Shown: piece by piece, positions 1 to 11,430 of the stretch
Layout of the letters: every line of letters starts with the position of its first letter
How positions within the stretch are numbered: the first letter of the stretch is position 1
Made by a program: the position numbers and the translations under genes
Assembly (NCBI GenBank): GCA_963575745.1
Contig: CAUYUJ010000303.1
Coordinates: 1-64,000, forward strand
Length of the DNA: 64,000 nt
Direction: 5' to 3'
From: Prorocentrum cordatum
Taxonomy: Eukaryota
Notes under the pieces: generated by a model
Seen by the model: the letters and a program-made list of their open reading frames with translations, nothing else
Told to the model about the DNA's origin: nothing
Databases searched by the model: none

Positions 1-449
1 GCCAAGGCCGAAGAGGAGGCAGCCGACGTCCGGCGCGACAGGACGGCGGGGGCTGTCGCTGCTAACCGCTTGTTATTGGCTTTATGTTACTGCTATGTTT
101 GCTTGCTCGGTTGGTGCGACGGGCGTTGTCTCGCAGTGTGTCAGGGGAGAAAACACCACCCCGGCCCCCATCCTTGGCGGTTGCTGAACAGCCCTGGGCG
201 TTTATTACACAGCCCTATCACGTTCGATTACTTCCTCGGCTGCGTTTGCTGAACGGCTTCGCTTGTTGTGGGGGTGCTTCTTCTGAGGGTGGTGTTTCTA
301 CCCTCCAGTGTGGGCCCTTCGGAGCCCTAGAGAACGGTCCGCAACGAGCAGCACCGGCCCTGGGGATCAACTCGAGAGCTCCGAGGGCCCGCGTCGGCAA
401 GATCGATTTCTGTTTGCGGACAAGTCCCCAGTGCGGTCAGCGAACGCGA

Positions 450-1090
450 AAGGGCGCTGCGTAAAGACATTGCCGCGTTGGGTCATGGGATGTTGCTGCG
501 TCTTTTGCCCGGAACTGCAACGCTGTTTGTTGGCGGCTGCGGGGAATGGTTGAAAACATTGATTATGCCAAAAATGGATCTCTGGAGCAGAGGTTGGTGG
601 CCTGGCTCGATCGGGTCTTTCAGAGCTGGGCTGTGCAGGCGCCGATTGCCGACGAAGCCGTGTGATTCAAGAGCCGTCTTCGTGCGCAGCCCCATCCCCG
701 ATTTCAAGGCGCGGAGACAAGCGTCAAGTGGAGACAGGGCGCGATTTGGGCGGTCGGCGACTTCGGGGGAGGCTTCTCGGAAGGCACGATGGGGCGACAC
801 GAGTTTGGCGGCCCTCTCGGAAGGCGGCGGGGCTCTGGAGAAGGCTCAGGAGGACGGAGGTCTGCAGAGCCTTCTGAGACGCGATCACGCAGCCGTGCGT
901 TCCTTGGCGCTGTTCCCCGGCCGTTTCTCACACCTGCCCGTGCAGCGGTTGCGGTCAGGGCGGATCCTCCTGATAATTTTGGCGAGATTGAGGTTACTCG
1001 GCGCTATCGAGTTCTCGGCGCAGGTCAGGATCTATCATTGCGTGCCACTCGTTCTTGACGGGCTTGGTGGTTTGATTATAGGTTCATGTG
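450..1090 (-). mobile_element. Degenerate 3' fragment of LINE ORF2 (post-RT C-terminus)
   Basis: Minus frames read AMIDPDL, AKLVSPHRAFRE...LSPLDACLRALKSGMGL and LLQRSIFGIINVFNHSP, resembling the LINE C-terminal 'RSxFGLxxVxNxLP' block that is also seen at 35100-35200. Frameshifted. Confidence 0.5.
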
Positions 1091-1127
1091 TGCGTTGCCA
1101 GTGAGATTGTTGATCTCGACTGTTCCT

Positions 1128-1243
1128 GCATCATCATCATCAACATCAAACCGTCGTCATCATCAGCAGCAGCATCAGCAGCAGCATCAGCATCAGCATT
1201 AGCATCATCAGCCTCGTCAGCATCATCAGCATCATCATCAACA
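1128..1243. repeat. (CAT/CAG)n microsatellite
   Basis: Directly visible. Confidence 0.95.
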
Positions 1244-1248
1244 TCCCT

Positions 1249-1298
1249 GAGCTTGTAAATAGTAGGCGCCCTCACTGAGGGCGCCTACTCACAAGCTC
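1249..1298. repeat. Short palindromic element
   Basis: GAGCTTGT-aaat-AGTAGGCGCCCTCA-c-TGAGGGCGCCTACT-c-ACAAGCTC, with a perfect 14-bp inner inverted repeat. Confidence 0.85.
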
Positions 1299-1445
1299 GA
1301 CATTGGAAGAGCAAGCGCCTGAAGGCCCCTCAGAAGACACTCGCATTTCCAATGGTAACTCGACTGTTCTGGACAACAATTGCACCGCACGGAGTGCGTC
1401 CTCCCGTTCTGTAAGTGTCCCCGCGAGGAGGGGTGACCACAAGCA

Positions 1446-1603
1446 TTAAGTCGGGCCTGTCCCTCTACGAGAGGAATATTCAAAAATAGTAAAAATAATT
1501 TGGGGACGATTTTTTGAATATTTCCTGACAATTTTGAAGTATTTCCAGAGTATTCTTTATTTTCTGTCCAAAATCTCCCTGTGGAGTGACAGGCCCGACT
1601 TAA
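1446..1603. mobile_element. MITE, family TTAAGTCGGGC...GCCCGACTTAA, copy 1
   Basis: TIR TTAAGTCGGGCCTGTC / GACAGGCCCGACTTAA with an AT-rich core. Flanked by the direct repeat CACAAGCA (1438-1445, 1604-1611). Second copy at 53620-53747. Confidence 0.8.
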
Positions 1604-2871
1604 CACAAGCAGCAGGAGGAGGAGGAGGAGGAGGAGGAGGAGGGCAGAGCACGTGCAGCCCCTGGAGGTCCCAGAGCGGACTCCGCAGGTCCCTCGATCT
1701 CCAGAGGCATCCAGAGAGCAACGACAGAAAAACATTCCGATGGGCTGTATCCCCAGGGGCACACGCCGGTCGTTGAAAGCAGGTATTTCTGGATTCCCAG
1801 ATCCCAATCTACTTCAAGTGCCTTCCTACTTCAAGAATCGGCTTGCTGTTGCTGTGTTTTGTGATTCTCTGGGAGGGCCTAGACGCAATCCACTATATCC
1901 GCCTTCCTACTTCATGTTTTTACCTACTTCTTCCGACCGACGTGTAATGATGATGCACTGCGAATTCGGCAATTTTCCGCTTCTAATGGCCTTCGTAGAG
2001 GGCCTGCGTGCTACAGGCGCGCCTGTCCCCCTATGCAGGGACGCCGGCCCTTCCCGGCGATGGCAGAGTTCAATCTTTTGTTCCCAAGGAGTAGGGGGAG
2101 GTGGAGGGGAAGAGGGAGGAGGACCAGAGTCAGCCCATCTGTTGTTAACGACGCCGAGTGGGCCCTGCCAACCTCGGGCACGTGCCCTCTGGCAGTAGAG
2201 TCTGGGCGGGACCCGGCCTGCGCGAGGGACCGCGGAGCGACCGACCTGGGCGACAGGGACCGCGACCGAGGCCGGTGCCGCCGCGCCGATGGGGCCGGAC
2301 GAAAGGGGGGGATAGGGAAAGGGGGGGTTACGAAATCTGCTGCATGCAGCTGGTTGCGGCCCCACCGAGGGGCCCATTCCTCGATACCGGGGCGCCTCCC
2401 GGCGCCGGGAGGCGCCGGGAAAATCAGCTGCGTGAGCTGAGTCTCAACCTCCCCCCCCTTTGCCATCCCCCCCTTTCGCCCAGCCCGAGCCGCCCGCTGC
2501 CGCGCGGCCGGCGTCCGCCGCAGGTTTCGGGGGCGGCCAGGACGAGGAGGGGGGCGGGGTGGGTGACGGGCGCCATGCTGCCTCCCCGGATTTTATGGCC
2601 CTGTCCTCTCGACTGCACGTAGGAGTGGCCCTTCGCCCGAGGGGCCGTTGGTGCGGGCCCGGTGGGGTCCCCGGATCGCCGAGTGCAGTGCGGCGGTGGC
2701 GTCTTGCGCGCTCGTTTTTGATCCACCCCGCGGCCCCCGAAGAGCCGCACACCAAGGATCGCTCCTGCCCATTGTCCCTCCTGCGCGCAGCCGAGAAGCG
2801 AGGGGGGAGGGTGATGACGGGGGCCATGCTGTCTCCCCGGATTTCAGGGCTCCCCCTCCTGTCAGGAGGAG

Positions 2872-3016
2872 AAAACACACAGACACAATGAATCGTCGAT
2901 CCCCAGGAAAGGATTTGAAGATATGGGAAGTGGGGGGGAAGACGAAAGCCCAGAAAATACAGGAAAAGATTGGGAATCCTTTTATGTGTGTATTTATTTG
3001 TGTGTCCCATGGCCCC
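2872..3016 (+). repeat. Dispersed ~145-bp repeat (ACACAATGAATCGTCGA...GGGAAGTGGGGG...GTGTCCCATGGCCC), copy 1
   Basis: Further copies at ~3628-3820, with an internal (TA)n(TG)n expansion, and at ~49948-50130, with a (CA)n expansion. Confidence 0.85.
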
Positions 3017-3769
3017 TTCAGTGATGGACGTCAAGGAAGGAAGAACCACACCGCCCCCGATAATTCGCGTTTGCTGAACGGCCCTGGGCGTTTTCTAAGC
3101 AGCGCTGCCCTGCTCGATTCTTTCCTGGGGTGCGTTGACCAAACGTCTCCGCTTGTCGGGGTGCTTATCACTATGGGGGTGACTTTTCTGCTCTCGAGTC
3201 GGACGCCTCCAACAGATCCAGGCCTCCCAAATCGGGGTCCGAGCGGGTGGGGTCGGAGGATCGCGCCGCATCGCCGATGCATCGGCGATGCGGCGCGACT
3301 TTCCGACCCCACCCCAGGTAGGAGGACAGCGAAGAGGAGGCTTCCATCAGAGGAGGATACGGTACAGTAGATTTTTGCTGTGTCCACGCGGCGGCGCGAT
3401 TCCACCGCGGGCGTTCAGGGTTGAACGCCGCCGATGTCCTGGAATCGGCCGATATGGAGCACGTTTGCGATCGGAAAGTCGCCGATCGTCAAAAGTCGAA
3501 GGACAGAAACTAAAGCCCAGGGTCACCACGACACGGGCATGCGGTACCGATACCGCTGTCTTTCCCTCCTTTTCGCCGTTCTGGGACTCGCTGGAGAGGC
3601 CCACGTCGCCACGGCCTCCTTTCGGGAAAAAACACACAGGCACAATGAATCGTCGACTCCCCAGAAAATATTGGAAAATGTGGGAAGTGGGGGGAAACGA
3701 AAATCAATAAAATATGGAAAACATTGGGAATCCCGTTATGTATATATATATATATATATATATTCATAC

Positions 3770-3809
<40 letters not shown>

Positions 3810-3979
3810 CCTTGGGCCCCTTGATCCTTCCGGTCGGAGGGTGGGTTCGGTGCACTTGGCCGGCTTCTCGCGCGGTGCGGCGTCCGTTCGGGCATCTCGA
3901 GGGCAGGGAGGCGGAAAGGGGCACGGGCGCCGGTCCCCGTCATGCAAGATAGATTATTTTGGGGCTGGGTTTTGAATCG

Positions 3980-4038
3980 GCACGAACGGGATGGGTACGG
4001 AAAGAATGGGTACAATGCCCAACAGCAGTTCTTGTTCA
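3980..4038 (+). mobile_element. Left part of a ~205-bp MITE split by the LINE at 4045-11084
   Basis: GATGGGTACGG...ACAATGCCCAACAGCAGTTCTTGTTCA matches the first ~60 bp of the intact copy at 13891-14097. Confidence 0.85.
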
Positions 4039-4044
4039 AGTTCA

Positions 4045-4066
4045 TCCGTAGCCATTTTGGCTCAAG
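4045..4066 (+). other. Dinoflagellate spliced leader (DinoSL), genomic copy at the LINE 5' end
   Basis: TCCGTAGCCATTTTGGCTCAAG is a 22/22 match to DCCGTAGCCATTTTGGCTCAAG. It is followed by TC rather than a GT donor, so it is not an SL RNA gene. Confidence 0.97.
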
Positions 4067-4088
4067 TCCGTAGCGGCTTCTGCTCAGG
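4067..4088 (+). other. Relic (diverged) SL copy
   Basis: TCCGTAGCGGCTTCTGCTCAGG is a 16/22 ungapped match to the SL, directly in tandem with it. ATG follows at 4091. Confidence 0.75.
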
Positions 4089-4090
4089 AC

Positions 4091-5300
4091 ATGGCCTCGC
4101 TGGCAAGGGGGAGCAGCGGCCCCCACAGTGCCACTCGCCTGCCTTGCCAGACGAGGTTTACAAGTTTTGTGAGCTCCTGGTTGAGCAGACTCCTCAGTTC
4201 TCTCGTGCAGGCTGTGCGATGTCGAATGGTGTTGGCTCGAAGGACGTCCTACTCGGCCCACGCAAGCCACTGTGGAATTGCACGAGATGCCATAGGAAAG
4301 GGAACTGGGCGTCTCGGATCAAGTATGTTTGCGGCTGCCCTGCGCCCGTTGAGGTATCAAAAGCAGCCAAGAAGGCACATGAGAAGGCAGTGGCAGGTGG
4401 TGCACAGCAGAAGCCGCCCAAAGGAAAGTGGTCGCAAGGTGCTCTGCAGCTACAAGAAGCGCTGGATTCCATCCTCAAGAGGCTCGACGCGATGGAGAAA
4501 GGCGGCAAGACTGGTGAAGTCAAGCCTCCTTGGCGCAGAGAGTCGGAGGACGGGACGGACGTCAAGGACATCAAGGAGAGGCTGGCACATTGGCAAAAAG
4601 CGGCCCGCTTCTCAACTCATGCTGAAGATCGCTCCTCGGCAGAAGCGCAGGTTGCACGGCTGCAAAAAGGCACTGCAAGAGGCAAGATCGGTGCACGTCC
4701 AGCAGATGTCCATCAACACCCGCCTGTCCACGGCGATGGAGACTGCAGTCACTCTCGAGACCAACCTGGCGGGGAAGAAGCTGGAGGTCGAGAAGGCCAA
4801 AGCAGAGTTTGACATAATGCTGGAAGACGCACAGTTAGCCCTGGGTGGGGCCAAGAGGCAAGCTGAAGTTCCCCAGCAAGAAGCACGCGAAGCCTACGCC
4901 AAAGGCCTCGCACAAGATGGAGAGCAGATCCTCAAGATGAGCGGGCCCCAGTTCGCCTCCGCCAACCAGGAGTTCAAGGAGCGTATCGGCAAGACGCGGG
5001 CAGACGCTGCAGGAGGCAAGCACCTGGACACCTTGCGGCAGCTGCTGGAGGTCCAGGCCGCCTCCATCAAGGAACCCAGCGTCAGGCTGGGCCACATGCC
5101 GCAGATGATGAATGGATTCCTGCTGGTGCTGCTGATGATGACATGGAGCTCGACGAGCAAGACGAGGAAGATCTTGCCGCTGCAGGAGAGGCCCTCCTTG
5201 AGGCCAGACGCGCTGCATATGGAGATGCCAACCAGGAAGACGCAGCACAAAAGATTGCAGCGGCGAAGCGAGCTCTCCGTGACCAACTTGCCCCCATTCG
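4091..5300 (+). pseudogene. LINE ORF1 (RanBP2-like zinc finger plus coiled coil), frameshifted
   Basis: WNCTRCHRKGNWASRIKYVCGC at ~4273-4336, followed by heptad-rich helices (LQEALDSILKRLDAMEK; LETNLAGKKLEVEKAKAEF) split between two frames. Confidence 0.7.
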
Positions 5301-6254
5301 TCAGAAGCGAGCGCGCGTTTAATAATCGCGGCAGTTTCGGCGACAGCAATGATGCGTTCTGCGCATGTTGCGAAGTTCATGCCCATATGTCGTCTGAATG
5401 GTGGCTGCTGGCAGGAACTGATTCTGCTGAAGATGCCCTTCCATGTGCTTCCACTCAGCCGGCTGCGGTGGGAGTTGATGATGGCGCCGTGTCAGATCCA
5501 GAGCAGGCCTGGCGCGATTGCAATGGAGAGTTCTGGCAGTGCACCGCCATAGATGTGGGCTGGCCTCACCTGGGCTTCGCGGTTCCTGCGTTGCAGCCCC
5601 ACAAAGGTGTCCAGGATATGAGGCCTGCGCCTGATGATGCTTGGAAGAGGTGGCCTACAGCTGCCACCTCAGCGCTATTGTCTACTTCGTTGGCGGCCAG
5701 TTCTGCTTCGCGCACGGCTGCTGCGACGCAAATCCACAGCAGCTCGGCGGGGTAGGCTGATGGGGCCCCTGCCAGTTAGCTTCATGATGGGGTGGGGGGG
5801 GGTGGGGGGCTGCCCGCGCAGCCTGCTGGCGGAGGCCGATCGGCTGGGGCCGAGGCTGCTGCATGTTTTTTTCGAGCGCAGCTTCGTCGTCACAGTTGAT
5901 GGCTCAGAGGTCGCAAGATGAAGCGACAAGAGATGGTGCCCCCTCGCCCCCACGTTGCGCCCGACAAGGTGATCGACCAACTTGTGCCTGGAAGAGCGCG
6001 GTCTAGATGACCATACGCGGTCACCTCATCAGGGCGATATCGTTCGACGGCCTGGCCGTCAGGATTGGGCTGGTGCTCCTCGTGCAGATGGCGCTGAACT
6101 GCGTGCTGCCCAGGTTCCTGATGTACATCTTAGTGATGCTGCTGATGCTCAGCGGCAGGAGTGTGCGCCTTGTGTGCAGGCTCCTTGCGTGTTCTCGCTG
6201 CTGCTCCTCGTCGCGGGACTCCCAGGGATAGGAAAGCTATGGAAAAGCGAGATG

Positions 6255-9200
6255 AATGGGCATTCTTTCCTTGTAACGCGAGCACCTGGTCTTCCTGGGA
6301 GCTGATCATGGAGTGGAGGATGCAGGAGGCCCGAGGTCCGAAGCTACAGTTTTGGGCTGCGCAAGAGGCGAGGGTTTCAGATCACGGCTTGGTGAACCAA
6401 CATTCTGCCCCCCCTGCGAGCACGAGGTCCCAATGCTGATGTTTGCCCTGCAGTCTGCACAGGCGCGTCTGGTTTCTCCACTTCGGCAGGTGCATTGGCT
6501 GGACGCCTCTCTCGCATCTGCCAGCGCACGGCGCAGCTGGATGAGGTCTACGCCGCGCCAGGGACCCGCGGCAGGATCATTGCTAGACATGTCGGTGGGG
6601 CCTCATCAGGTGGGCCGATTTGGCTGTCTGTGTATTTCTATCACTCCCAGGGGGTCCAGGGCGACAACCTACCCTTGATGACTGCCTTGGGGGAATATCC
6701 CAGCTCTCTGGCTCTTCCATAGGCGATAGGCTGCGATGCAAATGGTTCCTGGGACGTCTGGATTATCTAAGTGGTGCCACAGGCTCGGGGCCTCAGTAAT
6801 CTCTCCTGGGGAAAAGATTTATGCTGTGGGATCTGGTCAGGAGTATGACTAGTTCATGGTCTCTGCAGGTTCGCCGTCTTGTGTCAGCTCCATAAAGGTG
6901 TGGAGTGAAGCCCTCTGCTCGCCGCACTCTCCTGTGGAGCTTACTCTACGAGGGGTCAGCCTAGCTCTGCCAGTACGCGTTAGGGTAAAGTGGAAAGTGT
7001 TCCCTACTGGATGCTTGCGTGGGCCTCCGCAGTTGCCCTGGGCCTGGAACACGGGGGCCACGGGGGGCCTGGGCCTGGAGGTTGCGCGGGGTCAACGGGT
7101 TTAAAACGCTGAGCTTGAACTATGCCACATTTCTGGCGTCGCGGGGGGGGGAGATGGACATGGGCGAGTACGCTGGATGGACGGACGGTTTCAGGAGGAA
7201 GCAGGTTTCCCTGGGCATTGTTTTTAAAAGGTAAGTGGTTGGCGCATGGTACTCCTTGTCTTCGTGCCTGGCGGGCTCTAGACGCGCTTCTCGTCAAGGC
7301 TGCAGCGTGTGCAGGAGACCTGGCGGGTTCTGCGATGTGGCCTTCGTTGCGCGCGTCCATTCTCGTCTTGAGCATGGGCAATCTAGGTGCCAAGTTCCAA
7401 CGTCTGGCCCCTAGCCTTCCTGAGCTGATTCGAAAGATCGAGACTCCCATGGGGGTCGAGATCGGTTGCCTGGGGCCGGCCTGCAAGATGATCTACGATG
7501 AGATTTTCAAAAATCAGTATGATAATAGATGGGCTGATTGGAAGGCCTGGGCCCAATATGCTGCTTTTGCAAAGGCTGGCAAGGCCGCGCAAGCCTACTC
7601 TAAGAGGCATAGGCCCCAGCTCAGGGGCCTCGTGCTGCTGAGGGGTGGGCGCTCCAAGGAGAAATGCAATTTCTGCTCTTCAGGAGGACTGGGGGAAGCG
7701 CTGGCTTGCGCATGACTGCGCCCTCTCGCCTGCGCAGCATGCCGAGGCATATGCGGGGCCTCTTCCAGGCAGGCCCGATGGGCAACAAGTTAGGTGGGCC
7801 CTCAGTAAGTTCACGCACGACGCTGGTTTGAGAGCCGATTGTATGAATCCTAGGAGCTGGTTGTAGCTGCCCGATGATTAGGTGGATCGGTTGACGGACC
7901 TGCTAATGCTTTTGGAAGGGTGCCCCAAGTTGCCCCATAAGTATGCTACCCTCATCGTGTTCCAGGGTAAACCTGACGGTGCTGGATTGCGCCCGCTGGC
8001 GCATTGTGACCGTCCTCAGGGTTTGGGCCAGAGTTCGTCAGCAGGTGGTCAGGTCTTGGGAGCGTTCCCACCCTGCTCAATTCTTCTGGGGTGAGAGGGG
8101 CAACGTCTGTGACAGGGCAGGGTGGAAGCATGCCATGATGTGTGAGTTTGCTCTGATAAAACACTTCCATCCGGGGACTCTGTTTAGCGACTTGGGCAAG
8201 TTTTACGACCGAGTGGCACCGTCGATTCTCTTCGAGGAAGCCAAAGCCACAGGTGTCAGTCTGCGTCTTACGCGCGCGGCTATCCAGCTGTATATTGGCG
8301 CTCGTGCTCTCACGCTCCAGGGGGCGATCTCGGCCATCTTGCACGCTGCAGGCGCGATGTTAGCCAGCTGTAGTCTGGCTACATCTTCTGCGCGAGTTGT
8401 TTTGTACCGATTACTCTCAGCGATCACTGCAGCATGCCCTTCTCCCGCGATCAGAAACGTGATTGACGATGTTTCGACGCAATCCATTGGCGCGGCACGT
8501 TTGATGGGGGAGCAACTGGGAGGAGCTGGGGCGATGCCCGAGGAGGGTTTCGAGAAGCTCGAGCTAGCATTGTCTGGCAGAAAGACCAAGCGCATTGCAT
8601 CGCGAAAAGATTTCGATGTAGTGCTCCGTGGGCCCTGGGACAAGTACGGCTTCAAGACTCACCTTGTGCCGCGGTCTTTGGGTTGTGGCGCTGTTGCGAA
8701 ACGCATTCGGCGAAGCCCGACTGTGCTTGCTCGTCTTTTGAAGGCTTCCAAGTGGTCCAGAAGGTTACTGAGACAGAAGAATGCGGGGGCCTTCTGCGGG
8801 AAATGCCCCGGGGTCAGCAGTGGCAGGGCAATGCCCCATGTAGTTGCACGCGATGGGGCTCGCAGCAGCGCGCAGCTTGAGCAAAGACAAGTCGGGGGCC
8901 CTCATGTCGTTCAGGCCTAGGTCGCACTCAATTGGAGCCCGAATGGGTCCATATTTCTTAGGCCGTACTAACGTGGTGTAGGGCTATCTGGGATGGATCT
9001 CCTGGGCTTGATGTTATGCAGTTGGCGTCTGAACGAACCGTGGATGACCTCTGGCAGGTCAGAAGGCCGTGGAATATGTGTAACAGTCCAGCACATGCGT
9101 ACATACTCACGCTGCGCGAGTTAGGCTGGGTGCCTACTTCGGCCAGACAGGTTTCTACTGCTCGCGGTGAAATGGTGGACCTGCCATCGTCATCGCCTCT

Positions 9201-10800
9201 TATGGTCAGCAGTCTTGCGCAGCGCGATACAGGACACTGGGCAGATAAAAGAGCCCCCCCCTCAGGCCGAAGCTAAACGGGGTCTGGTGCAGGCTTGTTT
9301 TGTGGGAGGGGGCCAGAGAACTCCCGGGGGGCGGGCGCAGTCAGGTCTGGGGGCAACATCGCAAAGCGCGTGTGAGAAATGCGTTTGCTCTTGGCTCTTG
9401 GACTCAGGCTCGCCTTAAGGAACGCGGGCTGGCCGATGACGTCCTCTGCCAGCTGTGCCTGGCCTGCAAGGGCACCCTGTTCCATAGGAGGTTCGAGTTT
9501 GAGGCCTTCGACGGAGATAGACGGCAATATCTATTTCTGCTTGTTTGAAGGCGGCGAGAAGAGTGAAGGACTGGGGCAGGATCTTGAGAAGTATGCTGCT
9601 GGGGTACTTCCTCATCTTCGAGAACTGATCCCTCCTCCCCTCTCGATCTCTATCCTCCTGGGAAGTGTCGTGGTTCAACAGGCCGGCCTCTGGTAAGCTG
9701 AGCGGCAGATTTTTCACTGATGGTTCTGCCATGCACCCTCAGTGCGATGACACCCGCAGGTTTGGGTGGAGTCTGGCCCAGATCAACGAATGCGGGGATG
9801 TGATTTCTGGCGCCTATGGGCCTGCGCCTAGTGAAGAGGCCCCGTGGTTGCAGGCTCGAGGCGGTGCGGACTGCGCCGACAGGATGGCGCCAGAGCTTGT
9901 TGAACCGTTTTCCGACAACACGTTTTTTTTCTTTTTTATTAATATATATATATATATATACACATACGGATTGCCAGAGGACCTTTTGGTTGTGCTTGGG
10001 ACAGGACCAGCAGTTGCTCTTCCCAGAATCCTCGGGCCCACCTCTGGACCAAGGTTTGGCATGTTTTTTCCTTTTCTATATATATATGCATTGTTTTTGT
10101 TGCTGTTTTTTGTTTTTTTCATCTATATACATTTGTATACATATATACATATATACATATACATGGGGTGTCTGCTTCCAAGGTCAAAGGCCACGCGATT
10201 GTGGCTGATCTTTTAAACGGCAGATGCACGGAGGCCGAGTGCCTCGGTAATAAGCTTGCTGACAGGTTTGCTAAATCAGGTGCTGCGTGCAACTCTTTGC
10301 CCTATCAGAGTTTGGAGCTCCGTTCCAGTTGATTGAGCACCAGAAGGAGCTGCTCAGATGGGGGGGGCATGCAAGACGCAATGATGGCTGATAGAGGTTA
10401 AGTGGACTCGTCTGGGTTCCCTGGGCCCGTCGAGGTGGGCGGCAACATGGAACGCAACTCCCAACCTAAGTCATCCAATATTGTTCTGACGGCCCCTCGC
10501 ATTGATTCCAGGGTGCCCAGTCTGTCTGACACAGCTGAAGGTGTTACCGCGGAGGTTCTAAGTGAAACCACCCTCTTTTCCAGATTGTAAGGCCATAACC
10601 TTTGCATAGCTAAGGTTTTCGTCAGGGACGGTGGGGGGGCTGGTGGGAGCGGGTGGGTGATCTGCTGCTTGAAGTGCGGTGGATACGCATGGTCAGGCGT
10701 CATGTCCTTGGCTGGCAAGTCCCAGGGTCAGCCTAGGACTAAGGATCTCAGGCAACAAGGGTCGAGGTTCTTGCGTGGTGTGTTCCCCTTTCATGGGCAA
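6255..10800 (+). pseudogene. LINE ORF2 (APE endonuclease, RT, RNase H, C-terminal Cys motif) with many stops and frameshifts
   Basis: APE: FFPCNASTW, AAQEAR, LSVYF, GCDAN, HSPV (~6260-6935). RT: KPDGAGLRPL, DLGKFYDRV, VIDDV (~7970-8475). RNase H: FFTDGS...GWS, KVKGH, GNKLAD (~9710-10265). Cys motif ICCLKCGGY at ~10660. Confidence 0.88.
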
Positions 10801-11084
10801 AACATGATGTTGGGTGGACTGTTTCAGGACATGGATCCCCGTCCCTTTTTGACTTGTTGGCTTTGATCAGGTCGGCGCATAGAGGGATCCAGATCAGGCG
10901 AGCTGATGACAACGATCATGCCGCTGGGGTCCCAGGCTTGTGGGAGGAAAGGCGGAGCCCTGCCCAGCTGCTCTCACGTTTCGGCCTGGAGACGCCCGCT
11001 CCACAGTCACATGTTGCTGAGTGAGTGAGTTTTGTGTTTGGGGCGGCCGGCACCGACGGCCGTTTCCATTGAGTACAGTACAGT

Positions 11085-11249
11085 ACAGCAGTTCGTGTTC
11101 ATTTTGAACAGGACTCGCTGTCCGCGCCGCCGCGGCCTGTGTCCATTTGCGACAGAAGGCCGCTTGCCCAACAGCGGCCGCTGTTGGTTTGGGACAACAT
11201 TTGGTGTTGGGCATTGTGCCCACTTTTTCCGTGCCCATTTCGGGCGTCC
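11085..11249 (+). mobile_element. Right part of the MITE split by the LINE
   Basis: ACAGCAGTTCGTGTTCATTTTGAACAGGACTCGCTGTCCGCGCCGCCGCGGCCTGTGTCC...TTTCGGGCGTCC is collinear with 13934-14097. Confidence 0.9.
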
Positions 11250-11285
11250 AAATTGATCTCCGAGGCCTCTTTGAGAGAGCTCAAG

Positions 11286-11430
11286 GGTTGTGGATGCCAT
11301 GACAATGGACACCCCAACAATCCGATCGTCCAGTCAGTTGTGTGTTTACAATGTGGAAGACATGTTCTAAAACTGTTTCAAGCATGGTTTTACATTTTCA
11401 AAAACATGTTTGGAACATGTTGTAGACATC
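11286..11430 (+). mobile_element. Truncated copy of the 'TTGTGGA...AACATGTT' MITE family, between 24-bp direct repeats
   Basis: Homologous to 11667-11864, 13155-13337 (reverse) and 52641-52832 (reverse). GAGGCCTCTTTGAGAGAGCTCAAG occurs at 11262-11285 and 11433-11456. Confidence 0.8.

Larger units (their letters stand above)
4045..11084 (+). mobile_element. Full-length degenerate LINE (ORF1; APE-RT-RNase H ORF2) with an SL-derived 5' end
   Basis: TSD ACAGCAGTTC(T/G)TGTTCA at 4022-4038 and 11085-11101, 3' tail GAGTACAGTACAGT(ACA), and domain motifs in LINE order (see the ORF entries). Confidence 0.92.

Noticed and set aside
4045..4066. SL RNA gene, or an SL-targeting element (SLACS/CRE/NeSL type)
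   Set aside because: No GT donor follows the SL, the SL lies inside the TSD, the empty target has no SL, and the endonuclease is APE rather than restriction-like.
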